Assembly (NCBI RefSeq): GCF_009914755.1
Contig: NC_060929.1
DNA from: the human T2T-CHM13v2.0 reference genome, Homo sapiens
Reading direction: 5' to 3' (one strand)
DNA length: 64,000 nt
Shown: positions 27,268 to 46,029 of the stretch, one piece after another
How the letters are laid out: the number at the start of each line of letters is the position of its first letter
Position numbering within the stretch: position 1 is the stretch's first letter
Program-made: the position numbers and the translations under genes
The notes under the pieces: generated by a model
What the model was told of the DNA's origin: nothing
Databases searched by the model: none
The model's input: only the letters and a program-made list of their open reading frames with translations

Positions 27268-29188
27268 GCCCAAGGCCAGAGGGAAGGGTCTGTTTTTGCA
27301 GGAGTAAGTACTGCATTCATCTTCCAATGACAGGACTGTGTTTGCTGGAGCTTCTGCCTCTCAGTCTACCCTGTATTTACCCATGATCATAGTGTCTTAA
27401 AATGTGAAGTTGGCCTTACCTGGATGAAGACAGCAGATTGCTTCATAGGAGCCTTGGCTAAATGTTTGGGCCTCTGAGGTCATATTGTGGCATTTTTGTA
27501 TGTCTTTCCAGTTGGAAGAATAAAGGTGCCTGGGCCTAGAGCATCCTGTGGACAGGTAGCTGCATTCAGAGAGGGAAGCCCTTTCCAGGAGATTTGTATG
27601 GTTTCATGCTGAAGCCTGGTGTTGCTGTGTCTTAGCTTGTATGCTTATGTTTGGGTTTCAGTAAGTGAAGCCTCCAGAAATGTTCCCCAATTGTTGTCCT
27701 TCTCTGTATTTTCAATGCTCTTTTGTATTTTTGTGAGTCATCACAAAAACAGTTAAACTGTTTTCCAAACTGCAGAAATAAAAATAAAATCACAAAGCAT
27801 TTTTTTCTCTAAGTTGACTCTTCTCCTATTCCTGCCTACTGTGCTTTATGTCAGCAAGTGACCCTTTACTTTATTAAATGTGATACAGTATAGATGCATC
27901 ACGTAAGACTAGAGAGAAACCAATTCCAAAGCCACCTTTCCTCAAGCCGCCATTTGTAATGAACATATATGTAGTTTAAAAGGCACAGAGAGAGCCTACT
28001 GATACTTCATGTTTGCTACACATGGTGATATTACCAGGGCTTCCAGAGACACTAAAATTTAGTTCCAAACATTGCTTTAGAGGAGTCTTGATTTTATTCA
28101 TTCTACTAATGAGCCACTCAGGAAATCAAACCTGAGTACAGAGACATTGGAGAAGTCGTTAAAGTATTGGACCAAGTAGGTTCATCACGAGTGACAAAGT
28201 TATTCCACACTCTACTTGTACATACTCTGCTTTACCTTTATGATGGAAAAGAGTAATTTTTCATTACAGAATAAAGACCTGGGATTTATTATGGAATCAC
28301 CGTGAACCTTCCCAGCACAGCTCACAGATATCCATGGTGCTATTTCAGTCTGTTTTCCTTTGCCATGTGCCCCCTGAATCACAGAGTATAAGCAAAAAGG
28401 ATCGAAAAGACCCCATAGTTCAGCTCTAATATTGAATGGAGAATAACATGTTCTCTTTCTTCCTGAAGCCAAAGATACCCCCATGAAATATATTTTTATT
28501 TCCTCATACACTCAGCTTTTGCTCTTAATATAGGACTTATTGTACATAGAATCTGCCTTTGGGTAGCACACAAATTTCTAAACTTTACCAAGTATGGGGA
28601 AATTATGTTTCATACCTCCATATTCTGACATCGTTTAGCTTTCCTTTTATTTTACCAAGTTTCTTGTAAAGGCATTTAACAAGTTAGACCAGTGTGTCTT
28701 AGAGACACAAGGAGGGTACAGGTTCTTGGAAGAAATGATGGAGATGTGAGGGCTCTGTCAGGAATTGAAGTGCTTGAGCAACCAAAAGAAGTGAGATCCA
28801 AGAGACTTAATATCTCCTAGTCTTTATATTGCTCTCAGCTCATTCCTTTTTCATGGCATTGAGCAGTCTTGGAAGTTGTATTCTGGCAGATGTGGCAGGT
28901 CGAGCCCTTTCAGAACACTAGGAAAAGAGAACCTGGCCCAAGCAACCTGAGGTTGAGACAAACATCTGCAGAGAGCAGTGCTGATGGTGATTCCACACTC
29001 AAGCTTAGAACATTTTTCTGGCCCCTGATAGAACTCAATACTTTGAGTGGGGTCTGAGTAAAGCTGAACTGAAGACAGAAACAAGTTCCCATCAAGGTCT
29101 CAGAGGTCAGTTCAGGAGCTGGAACACAGCGTTGTTTTCTCAGAGAGGAAAATTGGATTAGCTGAGAAGGTTCAGTGTCCTTACACAT

Positions 29189-29886
29189 TCTTTTTTTTTT
29201 TTTCCTTTAAATTTTGGGATACATGTGCAGAATGTGCAGGTTTGTTACAAAAGTATACATATGCCCTAGTGGTTTGCTGCACCTATCAACCCATCATCGA
29301 GGCTTTAGGCCCAGCATGCATTGGGTATTTGTCCTAATGCTCTCCTTTCTCTTGCCTCCCACCCCCTGACAGGCCACGCTGTGTGATGTTCCCCTCTCTG
29401 TGTCCATATATTCTCATTGATCAACTCCCATTTATGAGTGAGAACATGTGGTGTTTGGTTTTCTGTTCCTGTGTTAGTTTGCTGAGAATGATGGTTTGCA
29501 GTGTCATCCATGTCACGGCAAAGAACACGAGCTCATTCTTTTTTTATGGCTGCCATGTATTCTATGGTGTATATATGCCACAGGTTCTTTATCCAGTCTA
29601 TCATTGATGGGCATTTGGGTTGGTTCCAACTCTTTGCTATTGTAAACTGTGCTGCAATAAACATATATGTGTATGTGTTTTTATAGTAGAATGATTTACA
29701 ATCTTTTGGGTATATAGCCAGTAATGAGATTGCTGGGTCCAACGGTATTTCTGATACTAGAGGAATCACCACACTGTCTTCCACAATGGATGAACTAATT
29801 TACAGTCTCATAAACATTGTAAAAGTGTTTCTATATCTCCACAGCCTTGCCAGCATCTGTTGCTTCCTGACTTTTTAATAATCACA
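29189..29886 (-). mobile_element. 5'-truncated L1PA 3' end
   Basis: Paralog of 5727-6428; minus [23 protein letters not shown] is L1 ORF2 C-terminus. Confidence 0.9.
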
Positions 29887-31869
29887 TACTAAATCTTCTC
29901 AATATATAATATCATACAGCCACAGCTCTCAAGAAAGAAATCTGTAGAAAGTGGTATCTTTCCAGGAGAAATCTTTGACAGCTTTCATGACTGATTGTAT
30001 TACATGTTAATGAAGTTTTTCCTGGAGCTTCATTACTGTTCTTAAAGTCTATCTCATAATGTACATTTGGAGACTGCCTAGAAAAATGTGGTCTCTGTTT
30101 GGTGCTGGTAAAGTGGTGACAAGATACCTAATAAAGTGACTGTACTTGACTATTTTCCATAATTTACTATTTTGGGATAAGCTTAACATCTTCACTGTCT
30201 GCCTTTGCCCTCCACAAGTAATTAGCATATGTCTAAATAAAGTTAAGCAAGGTAGCTCCACTTTTCCCAAGCACATATTGTCTAGGGTCTAGTCTTTAGA
30301 AGTATAAAGTACAAAGCTTAAAAGTACAACTCACAAAATTTTGTACCCAAACTAGAAAGGCTAAAATGATCAATTGATGGATTTGTGTTTCCTATGGAAG
30401 AGGGTAGAAAGCAGAATGTTAGTATACATATATAGGGGAGAAGATGGCAGGGCTTTTATAAAATGAATGTGGTCAAATCTTGGGAATAGTTTCTTAAGCA
30501 GCATAAATATTAGAGAGGCAATTCATGAAAGTTCAACTTATTGCCATGTCTAGAAATATCAAGACATAGCTAGCATATTTTTAAAAATAAATTTTTCTCA
30601 ACGAAACTATTAATGAGACAGATGAGATGTTTCCTTTATTTTTTTTTTCCAATTACTTAGTTTTTCTTAGTCACATATTCAAGGGAGTATACTGCTGTTT
30701 GGTAAAATGCGATAATTCCACATCATGTTTTTGTTTGTTTTTAAAGATGAAAAGCTGAAAAACCTTGTTTTGTGTTAGCAATACCACCAGATTATTCAAA
30801 TTTCTTTAGAATTATACTCCAAAAATTACACTGTTATTTAGCTTCAAAACTGTTTGTAATGGACCTGTGAATTGACAGCTCATTAGGACATTCTTTAGTT
30901 TGGCTGAAACCAAAAAACCTGAAACCCTCAAAATTGAAAAAATAGTGTTTGCCAAATTCTGCTTTTTACACTTTCACCTACTATGCGATGTTCAAATATT
31001 GTACTTGACAAGTATTGGAAAATTCAGGTCATGTTAATTTCAAAATACTTTCACTAAAATAGTATTTTTGTGAGAAAGCCATAATCTCATCAGTAATGCC
31101 TTTTTAAAAAGTCCAGCAGAAAATATGAACTAGCAACTCATCATGACAAAAAAGTAAAACTCAGGAAAAATCCTAAGGCAGAGCAGCTTCCGGCTTCAGT
31201 GTGAAACCATCATAGTCCCTTAGAAGGAGATTCTCTCTTAGAGCAGTTCACTGTCCAGAAGATGCTCAAGGACCATATACTTTTCTTCTTCCAACTATGA
31301 AGATGTAGAAAAATGACAATTCACTCAAGGAGGAAAAAATATTTAGGGAAAGTTATTATGAAAAAGGCTGCTTCAACGATCTAGGTGAGATGAATGTCAG
31401 AATTTGAGGAAGATGTTAAAATCGAGGGTGATTCCAGGGTAGACTGAGATACAGAAGTTCCAGCACACAAAGTCTTCTGTCACCCTGCCTGTCACTGAGG
31501 CACCCTGGCTCCTTTTTTACCTTGATGCCAGGGCTGAGCCTTGTTTCCATTGCCCATTTTGAAAATGGCATGAAGCCCTGTGAAGGCCCTGAGTTCACTG
31601 AACTTCTGAACCCAGGTCACAGCTGCTACCTTCATACCTCTGGCTGCATGAGAAAAAGTAAAGCAGACAAAAACAAACAAGCAAATAAACAAAAACCACA
31701 CATACAAAAGGCCCTTATTTCAATACACTATTAACAGGCTTCTCTGATACTTGTAGTAGAAATTTAATGCCCTTGTATGCAATGCACAGACCATGCACAG
31801 AACAGGAAATCCAGTGATAATCAATATTCACAAAATAAGTTCACATTCCTGTTTTAAAAGGAGAGCTAC

Positions 31870-33770
31870 TTTTGTAGAAAACCTTTAGGTTCACAGCAAA
31901 ATTGGGCAGAAGGAACAGGGGTTCCCCGTATCCTCTTTCCCTACATCTGCATACCCCCTTCACTATCAACTTTCTGCCCCAGAGGGGCACATTGGCTACA
32001 GTCATTCAACCTACATGGACACATCTCTCTGACTCCAAGACCATAGCTCTCCTTAGGGATTCACTTGGGTGTTGTACATTCTATGGACTCACGCAAAGGC
32101 AAAATTACATGTATCCACCGTTATTGTATTCTATGGACTAGTTTCACCTCCATACAAATGCACTGTGTCCCGTCTATGCACTCCCCCTTCACCCTTGGTC
32201 TCTTGCAACCACTCAACTGTTGATTTATTTATTTGTATTTAAAACAGGCACATCTCATTGTATATATTTCTTATGTACATAATGCTATTATAAAGTATGT
32301 GCACATTGTCTAATATCTAATTTAGGTAATTGACAGCCATTAGCTGACGTATGTATTATTGTGGTGAGAACACTTCACATCCATGCTAATAGCATTTTTC
32401 AAGAATACGATATATTGTTAACTATAGTCACCATGTGGTAATATAGTCCTTGAGCTTATTCTCCCCATATAAACGAAATGTGTATTTCGACAAACATCTT
32501 CTCAATCCTTCATCCATGGCCACCCAGCCCCTGACAACCAGAATTCTTCTTTTTGACATCTATTAGATTAACTTTGTGAGATTCCACATATCATTGAGAT
32601 GACCTGGTATTTGTCTTCCTACACCTGGCTTATTTCACTTAGCGTGATGTTCTTCAGGTACATCGGTGTGTCACAAATGACAACACGTCTTTCTTTAAGA
32701 CTGCATAGTATTCCATTGTGCATGTATATCAGATTTATCCCATCCTGTCATCCATTTTTGGACATTTAGGTGAATTCCATATCTTAGCTATTGTGAATTA
32801 ACTTGGGAGTGCAGATATCTCTTCAGTACTGATTTCATTTCCTTTTGGTATATACCTGGCAGTGTGGGATTGCTGGATTATGTGGTAGCTCTATTCTTTC
32901 CGTTTTTGGAGGAATGTCCATCCTGCTTTCTATAATGGCTGCCCTAATTTACGTTCCCATGAATAGTGCAAGGGTTCCCTTTCCTCCACATCCTCATCAA
33001 CAAGTGTTGTCTTTTGACTTTTTGATCATAGACATCCTAATGAGTGTGAGGTGATATCTTCTTTCAGCTTTAATTTGCATATTTCTGATGATTAGTGATG
33101 TTGAACACATATATATACACACACACACATACCTGTTGGCTACTGTATGTCTTCTTTTCAGAAATGTTTGTTATTTAGGTCTTTTGCCAGGTTTTTAAAT
33201 TGTGTTGTTTTTTGCTATTGAGTCATTTGAGTTCCTAGAGTATTTTGGACAGTAATTAATCCCTTATATGATGTTGGGTTTGAAAATATTTTCTCTCATT
33301 ATGATTTTACCTCTTCACGGTGTTGATTGTTTTGTCGGCTTTGCAGATTTTTTTTTAAGTTGGTTGCCATCCATTTGTCTATTCACCTTTTCATTGTCTG
33401 TGCTTTTGGGTCATATTCCAAAAGTTATTGGCTTAACCAGTGTCAATGAGGATGTCCCCTGTTTTCTTCTAGTTGGTTTATAGTTTCAAGTTTTTAATTT
33501 ATTTTGATTTACTCTTGTGTACAGTATGAAATAGGGGTCAAATTTCATTTTTCTTCATGTGGATACCGAGTTTTCCTATCACCATTGATGGAAGAAACTG
33601 TGGTATTGTGGTGGTGGGTTGTTGACACCTTTTTAAACAATCAGTTGCCTGTATATGTATGGACTGATTTCTAGACTCTTTGCTCTGATCCAGTGGCTTA
33701 GGTGTCTGTTTTTATCCCAATGTCTTGCCATTTTGGTTCCTACAGCTTGGTAGCATACTTTGAAGATAAA
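31870..33770 (-). mobile_element. Old L1M-type fragments
   Basis: Paralog of 8550-10460. Confidence 0.7.
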
Positions 33771-34809
33771 AAACCATGAAATCTTTTTATTTTCCCTTTG
33801 TATTTGCCTCTGACATCATCACTCAGAGAGATTTCAAAGGAGATATTGATGCTTTGCATTTTCAGTTTTTTTCTGATTGTGAAGTTAGAGTGATGACATT
33901 GAATTTCCTTAGGTTTCACCCTGAAAACTGGAGCTCCATTTTATTTTTGCTATATATTTATTACTGTTTATATTATATAATGGGTATTTGGCAATTACAT
34001 GTCAGTACAATTACAAATAGGCTTCAATTACACAAAATATTTAATGCTCAAATCCTACAGTAAGAGGACGTTATATTTTTTAATACAATAATCTGAAAAA
34101 TAAACTAAAAATAAAACATCATCTAGTATAACAATATATTGTTATTGTATGCAGTTCTGTTTTAGACAAGCACAAAACACACACCAATCTGTTATTTCAG
34201 CCATTAATATAGTTTACATTGGGAACAGGTCTTTGGAGGTGAAGGCGTGGAAATGAATGAAGAGATTAGACAGGGTCTCTGGGGTTTGTGTTTCTCTGTG
34301 TAGTTTTTCATGCAGCTCCTAGAGTGTGTTACCACCCTAACGTCATGAAAGATCACTCCGTGAATTAAAACAATCTTGGTCCAAATGTGAATATCCCATT
34401 TTATAGGAAAAACTAATTTTTAACTTCATTTTTATTTTGCAAGCTGAAAAACAGTTGGTTGATTTCCCAGGAAAATTATGGAAAAGCATTAAATGTTTAC
34501 AAAGTACCTATTCCAGTGCCTTTAGAAAGCCCGGGACTTTCTAGATAGAGTATTGGAAGACTTACTGTTTGTTTTATCTCTTCAAAATCACATTTGAGCA
34601 AAAACATCCAAAGTCGTAGTAACTTCAGGATTTAGTGTGAATCCAGCACAGTCTCTTAAAAGGATGTCTTTTTTCTCTCTGAAAACAGCTCCCCGTCCAC
34701 AGCATGCCCAAGGCCCATGTACCTTTCTTCCTCCAACTAGGAAGACCCAGAAAGACCCCGCTCATGCATGGACCTCAGAGAACCAAATATAATGACAATG
34801 ATTGTTAGT

Positions 34810-35085
34810 TTTTTGAGACAGAGTCTTACTCTGTTGACCAGGTGGAAGGTCAGTGATGTCGATTTGGCTCCCTGCAACTTCCACCTCCAGAGCTCAATCG
34901 ATCTTTCTACCTCAGCCTCTGAGTAGGTGAAACCACAGGCACCAGCAACCACACCACCTAATTTCTTTTTGGAGAGGAAGTTTTGCCAAGATTCCTGGCC
35001 TGGACAGGAACTCCTGAGCTCAATCGATCTGCCCCTGTCGGCCACCCAAAGTGCTGGAATTAGAGGAATGAGCCATTGTGCCTGG
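34810..35085 (-). mobile_element. Diverged AluJ-type element
   Basis: Paralog of 11510-11800. Confidence 0.8.
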
Positions 35086-35159
35086 TCTGAAATATAAACA
35101 TGATTTGAAGGGATTCTGAAACCAGCTGCTGCCTTCATCTGGGTGATACCAATATCTTC

Positions 35160-35412
35160 CCAGAGGAAGATGATGATTTTTTTTTGTACTGGATGTTGGG
35201 GAAACAGTATCTGGGTTGTCCCCTGTGAAAGGCCTTTTTCCAATGTCCGGGGTGTAACTGGGGCTTCTTCCCACATCTCACAGACGTCCAGGGCTTCTCC
35301 TACCACCTCCCCGACAAAGACCTGGGTCATTACAGCCATGTCCACGGCAGTAACCTGGTTCTAGGACACTGACCTGCACCTGATGGAATGCATCAGACTT
35401 TTACAGGATGCC
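35160..35412 (-). pseudogene. TAF11-like C-terminal remnant
   Basis: [24 protein letters not shown]. Confidence 0.85.
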
Positions 35413-35671
35413 TCTCTCCCTTTCCCACCACAGACACACCCACACTGGTTATTCTGCCAACCCTAATGTGAAGTGACTTGTGGATACATCGTCTATTCAT
35501 ATTGTAGAAAGTAGAGATCAATGTATGTTCATAGCAAACTAGGAGGAACAGCCCAGGCGACAGAGAACATTGCAAACATGGAACTGTATATGGAGAAAGC
35601 CAAAGTGTGGATCTCATCTACTGTTTGATCAATCACAGGAGACATTATCGGTTTGACACCTATAATTTTTT

Positions 35672-39517
<3,846 letters not shown>

Positions 39518-39909
39518 ATTCCACCATAGTCTCTTAAAAGGGTTTCTTTTTTCTCTCTGAAACAGCTCCCTATCCACAGGATGTTCAAGGGCCATGCACC
39601 TTTCTTCCCTCAACTAGGAAGACCCAGAACAATGCCTGCCCATTCATGGACCTCAGAGATCCAAATATGATGATGATAATTGTTATTTTTTTTAGACAGA
39701 GTCTTGTTCTCTTAGCCTGGTGGGAGGGCAGTGTCGCCATCTCAGCTCACTGCAACCTCCATCTTCCAAGACTTAAGAAAGATGTCAAATCATGGGTAAA
39801 TCCAGGATGGGCTGAGGTACTGAAGCTCCAGCCCACAGAGGATCCTGTCATAGAAAGACTGGGATGAGTAATTTCTTCTTTAAGATCAGGCCTTTCTATC
39901 TAAGCTGAG

Positions 39910-40150
39910 GTCCAGAGGGAGATGAATTTTTTTTGTACTCAGTGTTTGGGAAGTGGCCCCTGGGCTGTTGCCTGCTAAAGGCCTCCCTCCAATGCTTGGA
40001 TTGCAGTGGCGGTATGTCTCCCCACATCGCACATATGTCCACAGCCTTCCCTACCACCTTGCTGATCAAAATCTGGGTCATCCCAGCCATTACCTCATTC
40101 TAGGGCATCCACCTGCCAGCGATGGACTTCATCAGACTTCTAAAGTGTGC
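39910..40150 (-). pseudogene. TAF11-like C-terminal remnant
   Basis: MAGMTQILISKVVGKAVDICAMWGDIPPLQSKHWREAF. Confidence 0.85.
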
Positions 40151-40782
40151 CTCTCTCCCTTTTCCATCCACGAACAGACCCACACTGGGTTTTCTTCCTC
40201 CTTTAATGTGATGTGACTTTTGGATAGAGACTCTATTCACATTTCAGAAAGTAGAGTTGAATGTATGTTCATAGCCAATTAGCAGGAACAGCCTAGGAAA
40301 CAGGGAACTTTGGAAACACATAGCTGCATATAGCAAAAGTCAAAGTGTGGATCTCACCTACTGTTTTGTTCAAGTGTAACAAACATTGAGTTGCCATCAA
40401 GAAGAAATTTAATTGGTTTGAAGTAGTCTAAATGTAGGCATAGTCCAGTGAAATGGACTATGTGAAAATGAACCGATTTCTTAACAATTGATGTAAACTT
40501 CTGAAACTCACTCACTGAGACACATCCACTTGACACTAGTGCCTTACAACCCTGGGGTTTCTTTGCTCCGACATTTAAGTTGTCTAATGTGCAACTTCAT
40601 AAAATATGTAATTTTTACTGTAAATGTTTTCTTTATTGTTGTGAAATGTAAACTCTGAGATTCTGTGAGGCACACAGAATTCTTAAATGCCCCACACATT
40701 TCCTGCCCCTTGGAGACACACCCTGCATCTGACCATCCCTTGAGTGTGGGCGGAATCATGAATTGATTAGCTCACAAATCCC

Positions 40783-40858
40783 TGATTAGATTAGGGATAC
40801 CCTGAACCAATGGACATTAAGTGCTGGGCCTGATCCAATCATCTGAGCTCTTTATAAG
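40783..40858 (+). promoter_or_regulatory. TAF11L promoter cassette (variant)
   Basis: TGATTAGATTA 40783-40793, CCAAT, TGATCCAATCA 40831-40841, TTTATAAG 40851-40858. Confidence 0.7.
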
Positions 40859-41256
40859 GAACTGAACCTCCCTAAGATCACAGAGATCTCCAGGCAGAGA
40901 GAAATTTTTCCCCACTCGAGAGTCCCCAGCAGTGGCTGTGCAGATCCAGAGATCCCCACAGCCCACACCTGAGTGACATCTCTAGGAGTGAGAATTTATT
41001 ATGCATTGATCTAAAACTAATATACTCTCCATACACAAGTTTCTTCACATTGTGGAAGTCAGAAAAACCAGTCTGTATTTTTGTATGGGGGAGGGGGAGG
41101 CAGGGAGCCGTGCCTAGTTGTGGCTGAACTATGGCTCAGAAGAAACACAGTAGCTAAAATCTTTGAAAGGTTCTCATTGCAGATCCATAATCAAACCACC
41201 TTAGCTGGAACTTCTGCCTCTACAGCGCTGCCGTGGACCATATCTGCATCTCGCCC

Positions 41257-41857
41257 ATGGTGGCAGGCAGACAAACAGGTGTGTCTGCTGAGATGTTCAC
41301 CATGCCCCGAGTTCTGAAGGGCAGCAACAAGGATGGAATCCCTGAGGGCCTAGATGGGAACTTGGAAGAACCCAGGGATCAGGAAGGTGAGCTCAGGAGT
41401 CAGGACATCTTGGTTCTCAGAGCAGGTGACAAAGAAGCCTCAGCCTCAGTTCCTCCTGCAGCCAAAAAATGGAAAACAGATACCAAAGGAAAGAAGAAGA
41501 GGAAGCCCAGTGTGGATGCAGAGGAGGCTCAGAGGATGACAACCCTGCTTTCTGCCATGTCTGAGGAGCAGCTGGCCCGCTACGAAGTGTGTCGCCGGTC
41601 AGCTTTCCCAAAAGCACGCATTGCAGCTCTGATGCAGTCTATCACTGGCAGATCGGTGTCTGAGAACGCGGCCATTGCCATGGCTGGAATAGCCAAGGTC
41701 TTGGTTGGAGAGGTGGTGCAAGAGGCCCTGGACATGTGTGAGATGGGGGAGAAACGCCCCCGCTGCATCCCAAGCATTTAAGGGAGGCTGTTCACAGGTT
41801 AAAGCCCAAGGGCCTCTTCCCCAACAGCAACTACAAAAAAAAAATATGTTCTTTTAG
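41257..41857 (+). pseudogene. TAF11-like copy with C-terminal frameshift
   Basis: ATG at 41257; GAG ATG GGG GAG vs GAG ATG TGG GGA in intact copies (1 nt loss near 41745) gives stop at 41781. Confidence 0.85.
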
Positions 41858-44096
41858 GCCCAAGGCCAGAGGGAAAGGTCTGTTTGTGCAGGAATAAGTA
41901 TTGCATTCATCTTCCAATGACAGGACTGTGTTTGCTGGAGCTTCTGCATCTCAGTCCACCCTGGATTTACCCATGACTTTAATGTCTTTCTCAAACTCTG
42001 ACACTGGCCTTCCCTAGATGAAGACAGTGGCTTGTTTCATAATCACTTCGACTAAATATTTGGGCTTCCTAGGGCATATAGAGGCATTTTTCTGTGTTTG
42101 CCTAGTTGGAAGAAGATGGGTACATGGGCCTTGAGTTTTTTGTGGGCAGGGAGATGCTTTCAGAGAGGGAAATCTCTTCCACGGGACTTGTATGGTTTTA
42201 TACTGAAGCCTGGAGTTGCTGTGTCTTAGCTTTTATGATTATGTCTGGTATCAATAAATGAAGCCTGCAGAGACTTTTCTCTTGTGTTCTTGTGCCCTGA
42301 AGGCTGTGTCTGAGCAGGAGCACTGCAATTGTTGTCCTTGTATGTATTTTAAATACTTTTATGGATTTTTTTGGGTCATCATTGAACTGTTTCCAACCTG
42401 AGGAAATAAAAACAAAATCACAAAGCATTATTTTCTCTTATTTGACTGTTCTCATAGGTATTCCTCCCTACTTTGCTTTATGTCAGCAAGTTGATTGTCT
42501 ACATTATTGGAAATTAACATAGTATAGGAGAATCTTATAAGACTAGAGAGAGAGAAACAGATTCCAAAAACCACCTGTCTGTGAACACCCATTTGTAATA
42601 TCATCCACAGTTTAAAAGACACATATAGAGAGAGCCTATTGATCCTGCAGGTTTGCTTCACGTGGTAATATTACCAGTGCTTCTATAGGCACCCAAATTT
42701 AGTTTAAAACACTGTTACAGAGTATTCTTGATTTTATGCTTTCTAGAGGCAATCTGCTCATAGAATTGAACCTGAGTACAGCAACATAAAAAATAAATTA
42801 TTGAGATATGGAACAAAGTAGGTTCATCAGGAGTTATAAAGTTATCCCATAGTCTCCTTGTACATACTCTACTTTACCTTTATTATGGCAAAGAAGACTT
42901 TTCCATCATAAAATAAAGACCTGAGATTTATTATCAAATCATTGTGAACATTCCCAGCACAACTCGCAGATATTGACGGTGCTAGTTCAGCCTGTTTACC
43001 TTTGCCCTGTGCCCCCTAAATCATAGAATATGAGCAAAAAGGATCTAAAACCCCTTCCAGTTCAGTTCTAATATTGAACAGAGAGTAACATCAATTATTT
43101 TTTCCTGAAGCCAAATAGACCCCCTCAAAACTGTTACTTTATTTATTTTTAAACTTAGCTTTAGCTCTTAAAATGGTACTTATGGTACATAGAACCTATC
43201 TTTGATTGGGTGAGTATTACAGAAACTTTTAAACTTTAACAAGGATGGGGAAATTCTGTTTCACACCACCATATTTTGACATTACATAGCTTTCATTTTA
43301 TTTTACCAACTTCCTTGTAAAGGCATACAACAAGTTAGACTACTGGGTCTAAGGGAGGGATATGGAGGGTACAGATTCTTGGAAGAACTCATGGAGTTGG
43401 GAGGGCTCTCTCAGAAATTAAAGTGCTTGAGCAACCAAAATAAGTAAGATCCAAGGGTCTCAATATCACCCAGGCTTTATACTGCTCTCAGCTCATTCCT
43501 TTTTCCATGGCACTGGGGAGTCTTGGAAGCTGTGTTCTGGCAGATGTGGCAGGCCTAGTGCTCTCTGAACACTAGAAGTAAAGAGAACCTTGCCCAAGCA
43601 ACCTGAGGTGGGACAAAAATCTACAGATAGCAGTGAGAGTAGTGATTGGACACACAAGGTTAGAATGTTTTTCTGGCCCCCACGTAGAACTCAATGCTTT
43701 TCGTGGTCTGAGTAAAGCTGAACTGCTGAAGACAGAAACAAGATCCCATCAAGGTCTCAGAGGTCAGGTCAGTTCAGGAGCAGAAACACAGTGTTGTTTT
43801 TTCAAAGAGGAAAAATGGATTCTCTGAGAAGGTTCAGTGCCCCTACACATTCTAAATCTTCTCAATATGTAATATCATATAGCCACAGTTCTCAAGAAGA
43901 AAATTTGTAGAAAGTGATATCTTTCCAGGAAAAATCTTTGACAGCTTTCATGGCTGGTTGTATTACATGTTAATAACAATGTAAGTTTTCCTGGAGCTTC
44001 ACTGCCATTATTAAAGTCTACCTCATAATGTGCATTTGGAGACTGCCTAGAAAAATGTGGCCTCTGGTTGGAACTGGTCAGGTAGTGAGGAGATGA

Positions 44097-44619
<523 letters not shown>

Positions 44620-46029
44620 TACAACTTCACAGTTATTTTCAATAATTTAGGATCACTCTGAAATAACCTTAACATCCGCCCTGGCTGCCTTTGCCCCCCA
44701 AAAGTACATAGTCTGTGCCCAAATAAAGTTTAAACAATCTAGCTGCACTGTTTCCAAGTGTGTAGTATCTAGGGTCTGATCTTCAAAAGTACAACTAAAC
44801 AAACTTGTACCCCAATTAGACAAGTTTAAATAATAATTTGATGGTGTTATGTTTTCTATGAAGAAGGATACAAAGTAGAGTGGTAACTTTCATATATGGC
44901 GGAGAAGGGGGCCATGCTCTCACAAAATGAATGGAGTCAGATCTTTGTAATAGTTTAATAACTATCATGAATATTGGAGAGACACGTCATATAATTTCGA
45001 GTTAGTGCCGAGTATAGGAATATCTAGTAGTCTATTTTATAAGAAAATATTTTCTTTTATATGAACCTATTAATGAGGTAGATGAAGTTTTTTTGTTTTT
45101 AATTCATTTTTCTTAGGCACATATTCAAGGGAGCATACTAGTGTTTGGTAAAACGAGATGATTCCGCATCAGGTTTTTGTTTTTAAAGATGAAAGAGCTG
45201 AAAAACCTTGTTTTGTCACAGCAATGCCATCCAGTTATTCAAATTTTTTGAGATCGTAATTCAAAAATTACATTGTGATTTAGCTTCAAATTTTTTTTTG
45301 TAATGACCTTTGAATTGACAACTTATTAAAATTTTCTGTAGTTTGGATAAAAACAAAACATTTGAAATCATCTAAATTGAAAAAATCGTGTTTGTCAAAA
45401 TCTACCTCCTACTCCCTCACCTAACCATGCCATGTTCAACTCTTGTACTTGAAAAGCATTGAAAAATTTAAGTTCTGTTAATTTCAATCCACTTTCACCA
45501 AAGTAATATTTTTTGTGAGAAAGCCATAATCTCATCAATAATGCCTTTAAAAAAATTCAACAGAAAATATGAACTAGTAACTGATCATGATAAGAAAATA
45601 AAACCCAGAAAAAGCAAAGTCCTAAGGCAGAGCAACTTCTGTCTTCAATGTGAAATCACCATAGTCTCTTGGAAGTGGTTTCTCTTTCAAAGCAGTTTGC
45701 TGTCCAGAGGGTGCAAAAGGCCCATACAAGTTTATTCTTCCAAATAGGAAGATGTAGAAAAAACTCAGATGTCAGAAACGATCCAAATATTTAGTCAAAG
45801 TGATAATGAAATAGGTTGCTTCCTTCATCCAGGTGTGGCCAATTTAAGAGTTTGAGGAAGATATAAAAATTGTGGGTAAATTCAGGGTAGATTGAGACAC
45901 TGAAGCTCTGGCACACAAAGTCTTCTGTCATAGGGAACATGGAACAAGTATGTTTCCCCCCAGGATTTCTTTTCTGGCCTTGAGTCTAAAATCACATGAT
46001 TTTTTGGTACTTGTTAAAAATGTGGCCCT

